Below, piece by piece: positions 11,661 through 25,526 of a stretch of 64,000 nucleotides of DNA. A program made the position numbers and the translations under genes. The notes beneath the pieces are model-generated. The model was not told the origin of the DNA, searched no databases, and was given only the letters and a program-made list of their open reading frames with translations. This DNA comes from Cirrosporium novae-zelandiae (Eukaryota), in the NCBI GenBank assembly GCA_026023565.1, contig JAPETS010000018.1, positions 62,001 to 126,000 of the forward strand, given 5' to 3'. The number at the start of each line of letters is the position of its first letter. Within the stretch, counting starts at the first letter, position 1.

Positions 11661-14600
11661 TTAGTAACGCCCTTGTTGTACATTTCCCATGTATGCTCCA
11701 CTCGGATACTGTTGTTGTACGTATGGTTGCTGGTACTGCTGTGCTTGCTGGCCATAGGAACCCGTCGGAGGCATGGCTCCCCAATGGCCTTGTGCACCTG
11801 ACGATGTCCATTGCTGAGGATTTTGTTGTAACTGCGTTTGTAGTTGTCCCCATCCGCCTTGCTGGGGAGTAGCTCGACCGAAACTCTGATATTGTTGTTG
11901 CTGTTGCTGTTGCTGAAGCTGTAGTTGTTGTTGCTGTATCTTAGCTTGAGATCCTTGTTGAGGGAATTGATAATTTTGGCTGTCTCGTTGTCGTTGGGCA
12001 ATCGCATTCTTTACCAGCTGATTGCTGAGACCTTCCCTCATTTCACGCTTTTCACGCTCACGAGCTGAAATCGCGGACACCAAGGATCCATCGACCACTT
12101 GCTGTTTGTCCGCATTGGTAGCCAGGCTGATAAGCGGCTGCCCAGTCATTCTAGCGACATGCTCCTGTTCGCGAGCTGACAGATGAGATGAATAATCCAA
12201 TGAAGTGTCCAGTAGATTTGGGGTGCTTAAATTAGCAGAAGCATTCCGAGAATGCGGTTTTGGTGTTTGAGGATCTTGATATGATTGACGTCGAACATAT
12301 CTAGCGGGAGCGCTGCTTCCCAAACCAACGGATGCCCCTCGTGAGTGTTGTCCGGAGGAATCGTGACTTGCCATTTGCCGAGTATTCTGCATTGTTCCTA
12401 ATGTAGCGGATGCTCCACGGGAATGAGGCCTCTTAGGTATATCTTGAGTTGAAGGTTGGCGAGAGTGCTGTCCAGGAGCCTCGCCAGATGCCTGTCGAGT
12501 AACTGATGGTGAATTCGACACCTTCCGTTGATGAGCGTATACAGGCGTGATTTTATTCTCGGTAGCTCTTTGTTGGACAAACTCTTCTGGTGTCAGGGTC
12601 CGTGAGGGTGCAGGACTAGTTCGACCACCCATTGCTGAACCTGGCTGCCAGGCCACGCTGCGTCGACGGTCCGGATCCGAAGAGGTAAAAGCGAGCTGAG
12701 AGGAAGGTCGAGCCGGGCCAGTTTCGCCTAAAGCAGCACTTGGAGATCTAGAATGACCTCGCATTCCCATTGTCGGGGTGGTTCTTCCGGTCAGGATATG
12801 CTGGGAGTTGCGGTTGCTGTTGCGGCCTGAACGGGCTTCCTTCAGATCTCCAGATTTCGATCTCTCGTGGGTTGTTTCAGCCGTCTTTGCAGCTGGGGGA
12901 GGACGAGCTGCATCCAATGCGAAGGTAGGACCAAAATCAATATTAGGTATATCTGGATTATTACTTTGTTCTTCGTCTTCACCGTAGCGTACATCTCCTA
13001 TAACTATATCTTCCTTCTTAGGTGGCAATGGAGTGCCAACAGTCTTCAAAACTCCGGTTCGTTGTCGAGGTACAGATTTTCGAGTATCCGTAGATTTGTG
13101 AGTACTAGCATAATCAGGAGAAGCATCCGAGTCATCGCCATAATTACTTGCGTCATCTAACGGATATTTTGCAGAGCTACTGTCTGTTGAACGGGTGGGG
13201 GCTCTCCCGATGCGCTCTAATGCTTCTACATCAAATGCTGCTGCGGGTATATCCCCAAAGGTCGTGGTTGACTTGGGTGTACTTGGGTTAGAAGGTTCAG
13301 GTTCGACGATCGGGTTAACAGGAACGGGTTTCCTTGAAATTGAGAATGAGGTGGTGAGAGGTGGGGCGTTTGGGCTGGGTGTACGAGGGGCCGAGATGGG
13401 TAGACCCTTTCGAGGAATAGAAGTAGAGGAATTATTTTCAATAGTATGTGAGATCGATAATGTAGAATTCGTGTAAGATACGGACCGGCCGTTTGCTGTC
13501 AAGGTTGCTTTCGGAGGTTGTTGCATGCGCTCGAGTGAATTCCCTGAACCTACCACCCCTTCGGCGTTAAAAGTGTGATTAGCAGACGTTCCACTCCCAC
13601 TAGTATCATCATTTACCCCTCTCTGACTTCTATCCCGTCGATATCCCCCATCCCGCTGTGGACTGTTATCCCTCCAAACCGCCATCGCACCCGCTGCAGC
13701 GATCCCTCCAGTATTAGTCATATTTCCTGCACCTACAATCTGCGAGAGAGTTGCAGTGGACATTCGATTATTAGCTTGACGAAGCTCTTGAGAATGGTAT
13801 GGAAGAGGTTTGAGTTTTGTCCCCGAGTGTGAAAAGGCAGGTGGTGCGGCCACAGGTTCTGGTGGAGAGATTGGACCAATTTCTCTCTGCAATTCCTCAG
13901 CCTCTGGACTCCGGGGGAGCTCCTCAAGACCGTCGTGGAGGATCTCATTCTCATGGCTTGATCCGAGTGGTCCATGCGTTGGAGGGAATGGTGGAGATAC
14001 TTCAGGTGAGGGGGACAGCGAGGTAGTTTCATACGACAGACGAGATGATCTATATTCATGCACACTCGAAACGGATCGTTGATGCTGTGGAATGTTCATA
14101 GCTGTAATGTCTGACGCAGCGCGTTGGTGCCCTTGTAACCCATGGGGAGGAGGTGGAGGTGGAGCCCCAGAAACATCTATCTCTTTACCCAATGCAGACA
14201 CGGGCATAGATTCAGAGGACCCATTTATAGGTGGTCGGCGGGTAGAGAGCGAGGACCTGCCTGAAGGGCTGTCATCAAATCTTATGGAGCCATTATGGGA
14301 AGGAAGGCTATTCCTGTGTGACCCATTACTTCCCGTTCTACCTCCGAGTGGGTTCAAGTCGGCTTGAGCAATGGTCATACGGCGAGAAGTAAGTTCTTTC
14401 AGCCGTTTACGCCATTCTCTCTCTGCCCAATTCTGGCTTCCTTCGGTGTGTATTAGACCCGCCACGTCGATATTTTCCAAGTATCCATGGCGTCTCTCCC
14501 GAGGCATCGCAAACATCAAACCGCGCGGATCAAGAACATCTGCAATCAACCTATTGGGTCTTCCGTACAAGGCGAATGTATCGAATACAGGAAATAACCA

Positions 14601-15954
14601 CCGTAACATCATTTCAAAGCCACTCACTCCAGGATGAGCTTCAGGCATACAGAAAAGGAACCCTTCGGTAACAGTCTCAGGGGTCGAATGAAGCGTTATT
14701 GTGCCCTCAAGCTTTACCAACGTTGATTGCTCAATCAGGGGCTTTGAATGAGGATATATAGCATACGCAGAGAATAGGTTGGTGACCGTGGCTATAGGGT
14801 GGGCCTTCTTGATTTTTTTCGTGTCATAGAACATAATATTGCCTTTGAACACTAGGGTCGATCGATCATAGGCCGATCTCTTCTTATGGGCCTTTAATGT
14901 TTTTTGAACTAGCTTCTCATCTGGAGGGGTTATGACACACCAACAACGGCGCCAGGGTGTTCCGGCTCCGAATCTTACCCTCACCCATTCTTCGGTCTTG
15001 AGCCTTGTTCTCTGCAATATGTACCTGATATTATTAAGATTTTTACCCTTTCCAGCAATCAAAGCGCCAGTGTAAGCCTCCTGCAATGTTGTGTGCTCGA
15101 ACATTGCTAGCCGAATGCCAGCGGTCCATTGCGTCATTTCATGGAGTGTCTTGAAATGTAGAAGAAAGCGGTTTTTCCCAGCAGTCTGGATACTGAGGAC
15201 ATTTTGCAGAGGCTGAACATTAGGCGAGCGAGTGGGAAGAGTCTCAATCTGAAGCTGGGATTAGAAAATAAAGAAGCTTAGGTCTAATATGCTCTGAAAC
15301 CGTACCATTTTTATGGATGCATCAGCTAGGTTCATAAAGGTCGGTGCAACCTCTCCATCCCTGTTTGCATTATCCAAAGCTGTTGCATCCCACAAAGAGA
15401 GAATAGTTCCAACAAGCTGGGCATAACATTCGGACCAGCTTCGATCAGGATGGGGTCTTCCATCTGTAGTGGCACTAGGGTTAGCTCGGGAGGAACCAGG
15501 TCAAGGGCTATCCAACATACACAGATCCAAGTCATTTAATTTAAGAAAGAAGCCTTCCTGGTAGAGCTTGTTGGAGTGACTATTGAGGTAGGAAAAGATG
15601 GGCTGTAGCTCTGGAGGGGTATCCTGTGATATTTCCATCAAGGGAGGCTGATATGTTTGGACAAAGGAAATTGGTCTGGATGCAGACCGCTCCGTCTGAG
15701 CTCTTGGGCGTGTATGTATTGCTCGCAGAGGCGCTGCAACATTCTGCATGGATGAATTCGCCGAAGGGGACTCTGTTTCTCGCCGAAGAGGAATGACAGT
15801 TTGGGGGGATGTTTGAGATCGGGAATCTTTATGAGGCGTCCCCAAGGCCGACATGAAGGACATGACTATATAAAGAACGAGACGAGTTAGTGGTTTTTCG
15901 ACACATCAGAAGTGATATAATATTCTTAAGCTACGAACCTCGTGAACGACCCAT
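11661..15954 (-). CDS. PH-domain protein, Skg3/Caf120 family
   Basis: ATG at 15954 (MGRSR), then three short introns before the 1158-aa ORF. Motifs TPPELQPIFSYLNSHSNKLYQEGFFLKLNDLD, WTAGIRLAMFEH..LQEAYTGALIA, WVRVRFGAGTPWRRCW and FALYGRP. Q-rich C-terminus. Confidence 0.85.
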
Positions 15955-16975
15955 TTCGGTAGAAAATATTTGGGACGATGAAGAATAATTTGGAATGGGG
16001 AGGTTTCCACAATGTTATTGAAGAGCAGCAACAGGTGATGCAAGGCCGTAGCTTCCGGCTTGGTTAAGTCTCAGTGGGCTGAGCGAGAAGAGGTACAATG
16101 GTACTGCATTCCATCCCTCGGTGGTACAAGAAATGTGAATGACAAAAAAAGGTTTACAAAGGAAACAAAGGATGATGCGAAAGGTCTTGGATATAGGATA
16201 TTTGGGGGGGGGAAACCTGATAAATGAAGCAGAAGCGTTAAAATAATGAGCGAGTGGCTTTCTAGGAGGGTTTATTCAGGCTTATTTGACTTTCAAAGCT
16301 GGGTTGGATTTAGAAAGTAATACCGGTTTGGTATGAAATTGTTGGAAGTTGGGGTAGTTTAGCTAGAAAGTACAAAGAGTAGACTTTGACGATTTTGTAA
16401 GAATGGACCCGAATAGTCAAGTGGGAGCGTCATGAAGGTCAGGATTGGAGGCCGGGATGCGACGGAGAGGGTGAGGCTAAGGACGCCAAGGGTGAACATC
16501 AGTTGGACCCTCGGTGCCTCCAAACCCAAACGTCTACCTCTCTCGGCTTTAAAATTGAATTTTCTCCGTTAATGTGGGAGGGAGGGAGAAAGGTCAGAGG
16601 TCAGAAATCAGAGGGGGAAGAAACTGTCCGAGTGTCCGACTCTCCGTGATGGGGATTGAATGATGACGATTCTGATGAAGATCATACAACAACACATCTA
16701 ATAATTACTTCTGAGTACTTTCATCACCTTTTTCAATTTTTATTTGAACAAATATAAAAGAAGAAAAATAAATACATTCTTTACACATTCTTTAACGACG
16801 GACGTATTCGTATTGGTCTGGATTGGCGCTCAGGCTTTTTCTTTTTCAACAATAAAGCTGTTTAGTGTCGTTGTTAAAGAAAGAGACCCCTGGGCGGGAG
16901 GTAATATGGGGCCGTGGTTGGTCCTTTTAAAACTGAGAAAGTTACGAGACCTTCTTGGGTCCTGCCTGTGTCTAA

Positions 16976-17030
16976 CCAGTGCCTACCAATGCCTCCCAAT
17001 GCCTCCCAATGCCTCCCAATGCCTCCCAGT
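16976..17030. repeat. 10-nt tandem repeat (CCAATGCCTC), about 5.5 units
   Basis: Read directly, with degenerate terminal units. It explains the spurious QCLPMPPNAS ORFs. Confidence 0.9.
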
Positions 17031-18005
17031 ATCCTTGGACTTGGTGAGACATTTGACATGGTTGCTCTATTTTTACTTCTGTTGTTCCCCATACTTTTTT
17101 TTGAATGTCCCACTCACTTGAAGCTTCATAATGAAGGTTCATCTCCTCTTGACGCTCCTCTTGACGCTCCTCTCATACAAGTAGGGGTCAGTAAATAATG
17201 ACAAGTGACTAGAGTTGCCATTCAGTACCTAGTAATTTAATCCTCATCCGAGAAAGGAGCTGACGAATGCTTTGGTTGACTAATAGCAAATAGTCAAATA
17301 AGGCAAAGAGTGGTTGCCTTCACTAAATGTTTTGCGGTTATTTGAATTGCCGATGGGGGGCATTTTGAGGTTATTAGTCTATTACCTAAGCTTTTAGGAT
17401 CTGATATCTAGTGAACACAGTCCCGTCTTTCCCGTATGGTTAGACATTAAAATATATACTTGGTAAATTATGCAGACATATAAATATGTATAAACAAGTG
17501 CCAAGACATGAATCAGTTTTAAGGCTTACATAGTACATCTTCTCTGCATTAGTGGCAACGTCGCACTCTTCCTTTTTTTGTGAGTTGTTAATTAGAACTT
17601 TAGAACTTTAGAATACCGAAGTAGTTGAATCAGTTGGAAGAGGCACTCCTATAGGCAAGCCACGCCCGAGTAATCGCGAAATCCCCGACCAGCCTATGAC
17701 GCTCAAGAGAAAGGAAAAAGAAAGAGAAAGGACGAAGAAGAAGTAAAAAACAAAAAAAAAAAAAAAAAGAATACTTTCTCCCAACGAACTGACAGACAGA
17801 CTCACGAACTCTTTTTACCTTGCATCCTTTTTTAACTTTCTACCAACACAACACAACACACCACCTAACAACACCATTCAATTTTTTTTTCTTTCTCTCT
17901 CTCCATTCTTACTTTTCCATCGAATGAATGATCATCATAATTATCAAAGCTAAGCTATTATTGATCTAATGAATATGGAAATATGATCGTCGCACAAGAG
18001 CTCAC

Positions 18006-19211
18006 ATGCCCTCCTCGAATGCCTTGACGTCGTCCGCCGCGGCTTTAAAAACATCAGTACTTCGTCCTTCCCCACTCTACAGCAGGAATATCGCTTCAAT
18101 CACCCATGGAACCTCAACAAAAATCCCAGAGCAGGCCCTCTCACACAAATTGATTTCTCCCTTCTACTTTGAGACCGGCTATGCTCTGGTCGCAAAACGT
18201 CCGTCGCGACCATTCCCACCTCCATTCTCCTCCCCACCCTCGGGCTCCTTTTCCGATCCACTCACCACCCATTCTTACAACAAGGATAGAAGATACATGG
18301 TAAATGGCGAATTAATAAGAGGTCTCACGAATGGAGATGATGCCGTCTTGGTGGAGGAAAACTTCCTGGGTGCCAATGATGGCGTGGGAGCATGGGCAAC
18401 CAGACCGAAAGGTCATGCCGCGTACGCATCCTGCTTCCGGCTCCACTGATGGAACAAATGAGGTCGAATTCATCTAATATTCTATAATAGCTTATGGTCA
18501 CGTTTAATCCTTCATTTTTGGGCATTGGAAGCAGAAAAGGATTTGAGCTCCCGTCTTGCCAAGTCCCCTTCCACAGAGCCTGATCCCGTAGCATATCTGC
18601 AAAGCGCCTTTGAGCAAACCAAGTCGGCCACTTCCTCACCGAGTGAATGGTTGGGCACCACCACCGCCTGCGCCGCTCTTCTCCACTACACCAAAAAAAC
18701 CTCCCCAGAAGCTCTCCTCTACGTAACTAATTTAGGTGACTCCCAAGTCCTTGTTATTCGACCCCCAGATCCAACCGTGATATACAAAAGCAAGGAACAA
18801 TGGCACTGGTTCGATTGCCCCCGGCAACTGGGCACCAATAGCCCTGACACCCCTGTTCAGAACGCCGTTATGGACCGCATCCTCATCCAGGAGAATGATG
18901 TCGTGCTGGCGGTTTCTGACGGTGTCATTGACAACCTGTGGTCACACGAGATCGCGCAGAATATCGTCGACAGCATCCACAAATGGGAGTCCGGGACGGG
19001 GAAAGCGACCGGCGATAGGGCCGGCGGTGCAGGCGGAGGAATGCAGTACGTAGCGCAACAATTATGCGCTGCCGCCCGGATGATCGCCGAGGACCCATTT
19101 GCAGAAAGCCCATTTATGGAAAAAGCGGTCGAGGAAGGATTAGCGCTGGAAGGGGGGAAAATGGACGATATTAGCGTGGTCGCAGGACTTTGCAAGAAGC
19201 GCCCCGGTTGA
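18006..19211 (+). CDS. PTC7: PP2C-family protein phosphatase, PTC7-like
   Basis: Exons 18006-18421 and 18491-19211. GDDA, NDGVGAW, GTTT, NLGDS, EQWHWFDCPRQLG, SDGVIDNL and GGKMDDISVV motifs. Basic S/A-rich presequence-like N-terminus. Confidence 0.85.
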
Positions 19212-20264
19212 ATACTGCTGGGGTACACTGCATCCGATCGAACTCCAATATCAAGGGAAACCCTCAAGGCTACGTCTAGCAGGCATACTCCCCCTCAAAA
19301 CCAAATACCTCCGTTCCATGAAAGGAGAAGGGCCGTTCAGCCAGCCAACCAACTAACCAAACATCCAACCAATTCATCCATAGTCTGAAGGCCCGAGAAA
19401 TCTAACATAAAAGCAAAGCTTACTGAGAGGGTAGGGCTCTGTCCACAACAGCCAGCAAGACAAGTGCATTCCAAATCCACGGCGAGATCCGTGAACTTTT
19501 TTAAAAGAAAAATCAATGGGACACAAACAAATATAGCTAAGAGGGGTCAGGACTTGAGAAACGATGTGAAGATCATTCGTTATGCCAAGAGTGCGGTTTG
19601 ATAGCAGCCTAAGCTCGCTCTCGTTGGGGATTGATTTCCTGCCTCGTCTCATGCACAGAGCCTCTTGTTTCCAAACAGAACATAGGAGGGGGAGAGGGAA
19701 AATGACAATTGCTTTTTTTATTGTTTATATGAAACTTTCCACACGGATAAATAGATTGATGCTCAAAAAACTTAATTACACGACCCAAGATATACTCGAC
19801 CTGAAAAAGGCGTAACTTAATAATCTAGTAACACAAAGGTCCCTTGGTTCACTGCCTTCAACCACTGCAACAACAAATAACACAGCGAGTTGAGTTGGAC
19901 AATATTCCATATCTGCACAGGCCTTCAACTGAATTCCCATCCTTTCTCTTAAATAAGAATGGAAATAATCGTCAGCTGTGTCTTCTATCATACAATAAAT
20001 GTGTAAGTAACCCTTGGTGCCATTCAATTCCCCCAAGTCTCTTCACTCATGGCCAAGATTTCTTTACACCTGCTGTCCCGTGAATTTATACGCTTTCAAT
20101 AATCCCGCAAGCCCCCCTAAACACCCATCCTTACCTAGCCGTTTTCAGATGAAATCATGGGCACGAATGTCATCAACATTGTTGTTTGTATGCAGTCCAC
20201 CATACCCCCGCCTCCCCCCGTCAACCTATCCTATCCAAACCATCATCTGTTGGCATTCATTTCA

Positions 20265-23200
20265 TCACGACAGCAAGTTTCTCAAACTTGGGCTCGCACT
20301 TGCTCCAATAACGTTCCTAGTCTCACTCCCCACCCTTGGCGTCTCAATCACACTCCCAATCCTTTCCGCCGGTGTCATCGGCCTATTCCCCTCTCTTCCA
20401 CCTTTCGGGGGAAACTCCCTTGGTCCATGTAAGAGGGGCTGCCGATACGCTTGGAGCGGGCTGTTTTCCATCGGAGGCGCCTGTGGCAGCGAATTTGCAG
20501 GCGGAAGTTGTGTCGGCATTCCACTTAAGAGGGGTGGGGAATGATGCGGTTGACTGTGAACACGCGGAAGGGAATTGCCTGGTGGTGCCTCAGTATGAGG
20601 GGGTGGAGCAACGGGATAGCGAGCATTTGGAGGCGAATGACTCATAGTGATGGACGGCGGTGGTGGTGGTTGACTAGAGTAATACGGTGGAGGTGCTCCA
20701 TTTACGAGATGCGGGAGTGCAGGATGGGAATTTGCGTGAGGATTGCGGTCATAACTATTTAGGTGAGGGAGGGGGGCCGGACTCAAGTAGCTTTCCCGAT
20801 GAACCGGGCCCGTGGATGGCGGCATTGTGGTTGGTGCGTTAGGGTATGATTGACTATACCCGTTCACAATGCTATCTGGCGGGGGTGGAGCCGGTGCTGC
20901 ATGAAGAGGTTGACTTTGATTAGAAGTCGCATGAAGTTCCTCTGAGGTCCGCACGGGTGCCGTCATTTTCCTCCAGGGTACCCCACCACGTGGTTGCATA
21001 TAGACTGGGAACTCATAAAGTGAAGGAGGCAGTGGTTGATCTAGTGGAATAATTGTTGGCGCTAGAGAACCGGATTTGGAACCTGGATGACCTTCCCCAT
21101 TTTCCAGTGGCGTTATTGGCTTCTTCACTTTGTTCACATGACATTTGTGGCATTGTACCTCAGGTTGCGCATCGGATGCGCTGCTTCGCTGGGCGTCCAT
21201 CGAAAGAGGAGTTGATCTGATCGGTATTTTGTCACCATTGACTAGCGGACTAGCCATTGTTGGTGTGGAAGGCGACGGTTGCTGGTTGGTATGCTGAAGC
21301 CCAGACGTTATAGCTAACTTCCCTTTCTGGTCCATAGACCACCATTTCGGTGTAAATGTGGCGAAGCAAGTACAGCACTGTTTCCTCGCGGTTTCAGGTT
21401 CTTGGCTGTCATCCTTCACCTCTTCGGATTTCACAAGAATACTTGAAGGTGATGTGCGTTGACTTCTAGTCAAATGCGTTCCATTGCTGGTTGACGCACG
21501 CCTATCCGAAGAAATACTTTGTTTCGGAGGCCTAATGATTTGGTTGATAAGAGCAGCTTTTCGTACTGTACCTAAGTTAAGTAGATCGGCCTGCTTGAAA
21601 GCTTGCGCATAGACCTGGAGTGCGTTGAGATTGGAATCGCCAGATATTTCGTGCATCGGATGAACGATAGTCTTTAAGGAATGTTCCTTACACCAGACTG
21701 CTGCAGTTGCTGATCCCGTCTCTGAACCAAGCGTAATGGTATTGATGGCATCTCTGCGAGAACTCTTTACCGGTGTGATGTCAAAGCCTAGCACATACTC
21801 TGCCCTCTGAGCACAAGATACATGAACGGGGGCACCACATTGCTGGCATGAAATACAAGCGCCCTGGCTGGTTTTGCAGATCTTGCAAACTTCCTGAAAT
21901 CTTGCTGGGGGGATGGTGCCGAAACCCTCAGCAGGTTCAAGAGATTTGGCTTGCGTGAATTTGATCTCAGGGGTCCATATAGCGCAAACAACATGCATCC
22001 AGTTGTTATGTGCTGTTCTCTTGAGAGGTTCTCGTGGCTCTGTAGGTTGACCCCGAGAAAGTTTCTCTTGTTTATACTGCTTAGCAAATTCAGCAGCTCG
22101 CTCCTTTTCCTTCCGTTCCTTGTCCCGCTCTCGGTCTGTCTTCTTCTTATGGGATACCTTGGTCGGTTCGAGTAATTCATAATGTGTACGCTGAACAGGG
22201 CACAGTACACAGTTGTAATTATTTGAAACTTGTGGGGTTCGATCGTTCACACACATGTCGCAGGACCATTTAGCACCGTTCCGGCCCTCTGAAACCCCGT
22301 AGCAGTTACGATGCACCGTCAATCGGCAATCACGACAACATAGAAGCTGGTCATCTGCAGGTTCTGTTTGTTCACATATAGCGCAAGGAAGTTGCTTGAA
22401 TTTGGGTTCCTCGATTGGCATTGGTGGAGGCTCTACAGGCTTTTCGGCTAGTTTTCTTTTGTGGTTTGTTTCTGTATGCCCATTATTTGTTGCTGCTAGC
22501 GGCGTATCTTTGTCGGTATTCGTTTTGATCTTCTTTTTCGGTGGTTCCTGGGGGTGTAATGGTGGAGCTGGGGTACTGGCGACTGTAGGAGCATTTTCTG
22601 CGCTTTGGGTAACCTGGTTGCTTTCGTTAACAAGTACAAGCTCTTTGAGAAGTTCCTCATCAATTTTGCGCTTCCAAGCTCTTCCTCCTCCAGCTGCAAC
22701 CTTCTTGGCAACTTCATCCATATCCTCCCACTGGACACCATATTTTCTCCAAAGTTCTGCACAACGGAGGCATAATGCAACAAGAGCCTGTCCGCCTTTC
22801 TCCTTTCCACTCTTGCTGTTGTCAGGTACGGTTGTCCCTGGAACTGTCCCTGGAGCTCGGCGCCAGCACTTTGACTTTTTTGTAGAGCAGAATTTGCAGC
22901 GAAATCCTCGCTTTTTCTCGACAGCTTTCCTGTTATCAAATGCCGAGTCATCCTGTTCATCGGCAACATCATCGACGAGCTTTGAGGAATTCTCCATTTT
23001 CTTATTCTTTCTGCGCCCTTCGTGGTTGCCCCATATTTCTCGGCCTCTTTCGGTTTTCTTCCACATATAATAGAATCTAACGATATCTGCATGTTTAACC
23101 GTTCTTACATGCTTTGCAATAGGCCAAAGTTCGGATCCGTATAATTTGACACCCTCTTCAAATCTTTTGATTTCTTCTTTGTTGAGTTCCGGTTCTCGTA

Positions 23201-25526
23201 GGTCTTTTCGTTTATGTAAAACCGCGACTTGTTCTAATGATTCTTCCACATTGTAGTTATTCTTGTAAAGAAGTTCGATGGCCTTGGTCAGGAAATTTGT
23301 ATTGAAGTCCGTTACGCCAACTGCTCCGGATAATTCCCTCACTCGTTTCATATAATCATCAACCAACTTCTCACGAGTCTCGAAGTCCATTTTGGGCTTG
23401 TCGGTATCACTATCATCACCACCCCGCGAGGAGGGCTCTCCAACTTCCGGCATCTTGAAAATTGCGCGCGCGGTGCACTCAGGCGAGTCATTGGGATGGT
23501 CTTCCCCTCGACGAACGTAGCCATGTGGTTCATCCATAACCCATTTCGGTCGCTTTTCTTTCGCAAGTTTATCGGCTTCTATAGCAGCAAGGACCTCTTT
23601 TGATAGCTTGCTATCTTTTTTGTTGTTTTTCATATATTTCCTTTTGCTTTCAGCAGGTTTCACGTATTCTACGGGATGTCCATGCCAAACTTGAACATTT
23701 GCTTGATGACGAGGACCTAATCTTGAGCTCGCTCGTGGGTAGATTCTATCATCGTAATCCAGCGCATCTTCAACACGACAATGCATACCAAGATAGCGGT
23801 AAGGCCATTGTTTTGTTTGCTCGATCTGCTCCGCTGTGGCCGGTCCTGGTTCGAATTTTGTAGCGGGTGTGCTTCGACCGGTCGAATCACCTGGAGCATT
23901 TGCATCCTCCTCCTCTTCTTCCATAATCTCATCCTCGTCATCAGCGGGCGCATCCCCAAGGCGGGGAGTATTGCGCGCCTCAAGCTTCCGTTCCTGCGCT
24001 CTGCTACACGGTCCACAGGACCAAGCAAATCCACGTTGAGGTTTTCGAAGCAGGGGAGGAGATACGCAATTCATATGATAGGTGTTATGACAAACAGCGC
24101 AATCCACCGAATCGTTCCTATGACAGTTAGAAACTGCTCAACAGCTGAAAAGAATGTTATCGCCTTACTTTGAACAAAAGGTCTGGCATCTTTTACACGT
24201 TTTAGCCGCACTTGTCAAGTCCTTGCCATGGCCAACTTCAACCACGACAAATTTCCATCTTGCTCTCAAGACCTGCTTGACGTTCTCGGGAACATTTATC
24301 ACTTGACTTGTGGGAATCACCTCGTAGTGGCGATGAATGTACCGATCAAACATTCTTTCATACCAGAAACAGTCGCGAGATTTGCGATATTCATCAATAG
24401 AGGGAATGTCACTCTTATGCATTATCCGGCATTTCCCTCTCAGAGAGGAAAGTGGACAGACATCAGAATGCATTGTTGCATAGACCAGTCTCGTATCGGT
24501 CTTTGTCAACTGAATATCCCTTGGGCGATAATACCAATTTACCCTTACAGAGTCAATGGGTTGAGCATGATCATTGTGCGCATGAATGAATTCCATAATT
24601 CTACCAAGATAGTATGGCTCTCCTGGAGGTTCACAGATAAGGTAAACATGATCTTTGTCGGCGAAATAAACCAATTAGCCACCGCAACATAATGCGACAA
24701 ATATTCCAAAATAAATATGAAAAGGTGCACACTTACCGTTTATAGCTAAGACTGTTCCATCATCTGCTTTTAATTTACCATTCTTTAGGCGATTTCCACA
24801 CCCTTCAAAGGTCATCATGTTACTCAATGGAAGTCCGCTGTCTCTGGTCGATGGCCCAGTTGCGGCAGCTTTCAAGGTCTGAGTGGCACCTGGAACCGGG
24901 CCGCCGTTATGACTAGGATTTCCTGGTGCTTTTCGTTTTTTGGACGCCGCAGTCGCGGACTGATTGTTAGGTTTGGCGGAGAAGGTGGTCATGCCGGGAA
25001 TAGCATCTTTGCCATTTGCTGAAGCCGTCACACTGCTCTTGAGAGGATGATCTCCGTTATTTGTTGTTGTGTTGTGTCGACGCCCGTTTGAAGGGGGATT
25101 GGGGGCTCGCTCGGGCTCTACCGACTGCGGCCTTGACACCTCAGCTGACAGCGTAGAGGTGGGACTTGGCCTGCGCAGAGCGTCGACTTTGAAATTATTA
25201 GAAGATTCCGCCTCCATTTCCAAAGAAACATCTTCAGCATAATTTGGGCGTGGCCCGCCTGTTCGGTTGCGTGATCGAGTACCGTAAGGCGAGGCAGAGG
25301 TCGCGTCCTTAGTGGAGGAGGTTGATGAACTCGAGAGGGAGGTGGTCATTGGATGGGATTCTAGCTGTTGAGGTTCAGAGGGCGATTCAAAGTTAATAAT
25401 TTCGATTGGTGTTTGGCATACTGAGGTTTTAGGTCGTGATGTTCTCTGGTCGCTGTTCGCCTCAGGAAAGGATGAAGCCGTGGAACTTCCCATACTACTG
25501 GGATTATCTACCTCCATTGCAGACAT
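20265..25526 (-). CDS. SNT2: SNT2-like BAH/PHD/SANT chromatin protein (E3 ligase)
   Basis: Exons ~25526-24737, 24652-24169 and 24117-20265. BAH domain (EPPGEPYYLGRIMEF, NWYYRPRDI), PHD fingers (CAVC..HMNC..WSCGPC; CAIC..HRNCYG..WSCDMC; HVVCA..CKIC..HVSCA) and SANT (RFYYMWKKT). Confidence 0.9.

Noticed and set aside
16660..16714. C/D-box-like pattern (ATGATGA..CTGA..CTGA)
   Set aside because: It is only about 55 nt, has no clear terminal stem, and has no box-adjacent rRNA guide I can verify.
16976..17030. Tandem repeats as a CRISPR-like array
   Set aside because: The 10-mers are contiguous with no spacers, in a eukaryotic context.
18422..18490. PTC7 intron is 69 nt (3n), recalling the retained in-frame intron of yeast PTC7
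   Set aside because: It contains an in-frame TGA (18447-18449) and lies within the catalytic domain, so retention cannot give a full-length second isoform.
22396..23092. Long antisense and alternate-frame ORFs within SNT2 (also in the Caf120-like, PTC7 and 54226 genes)
   Set aside because: These are shadow ORFs of real coding sequence, with no independent motifs.
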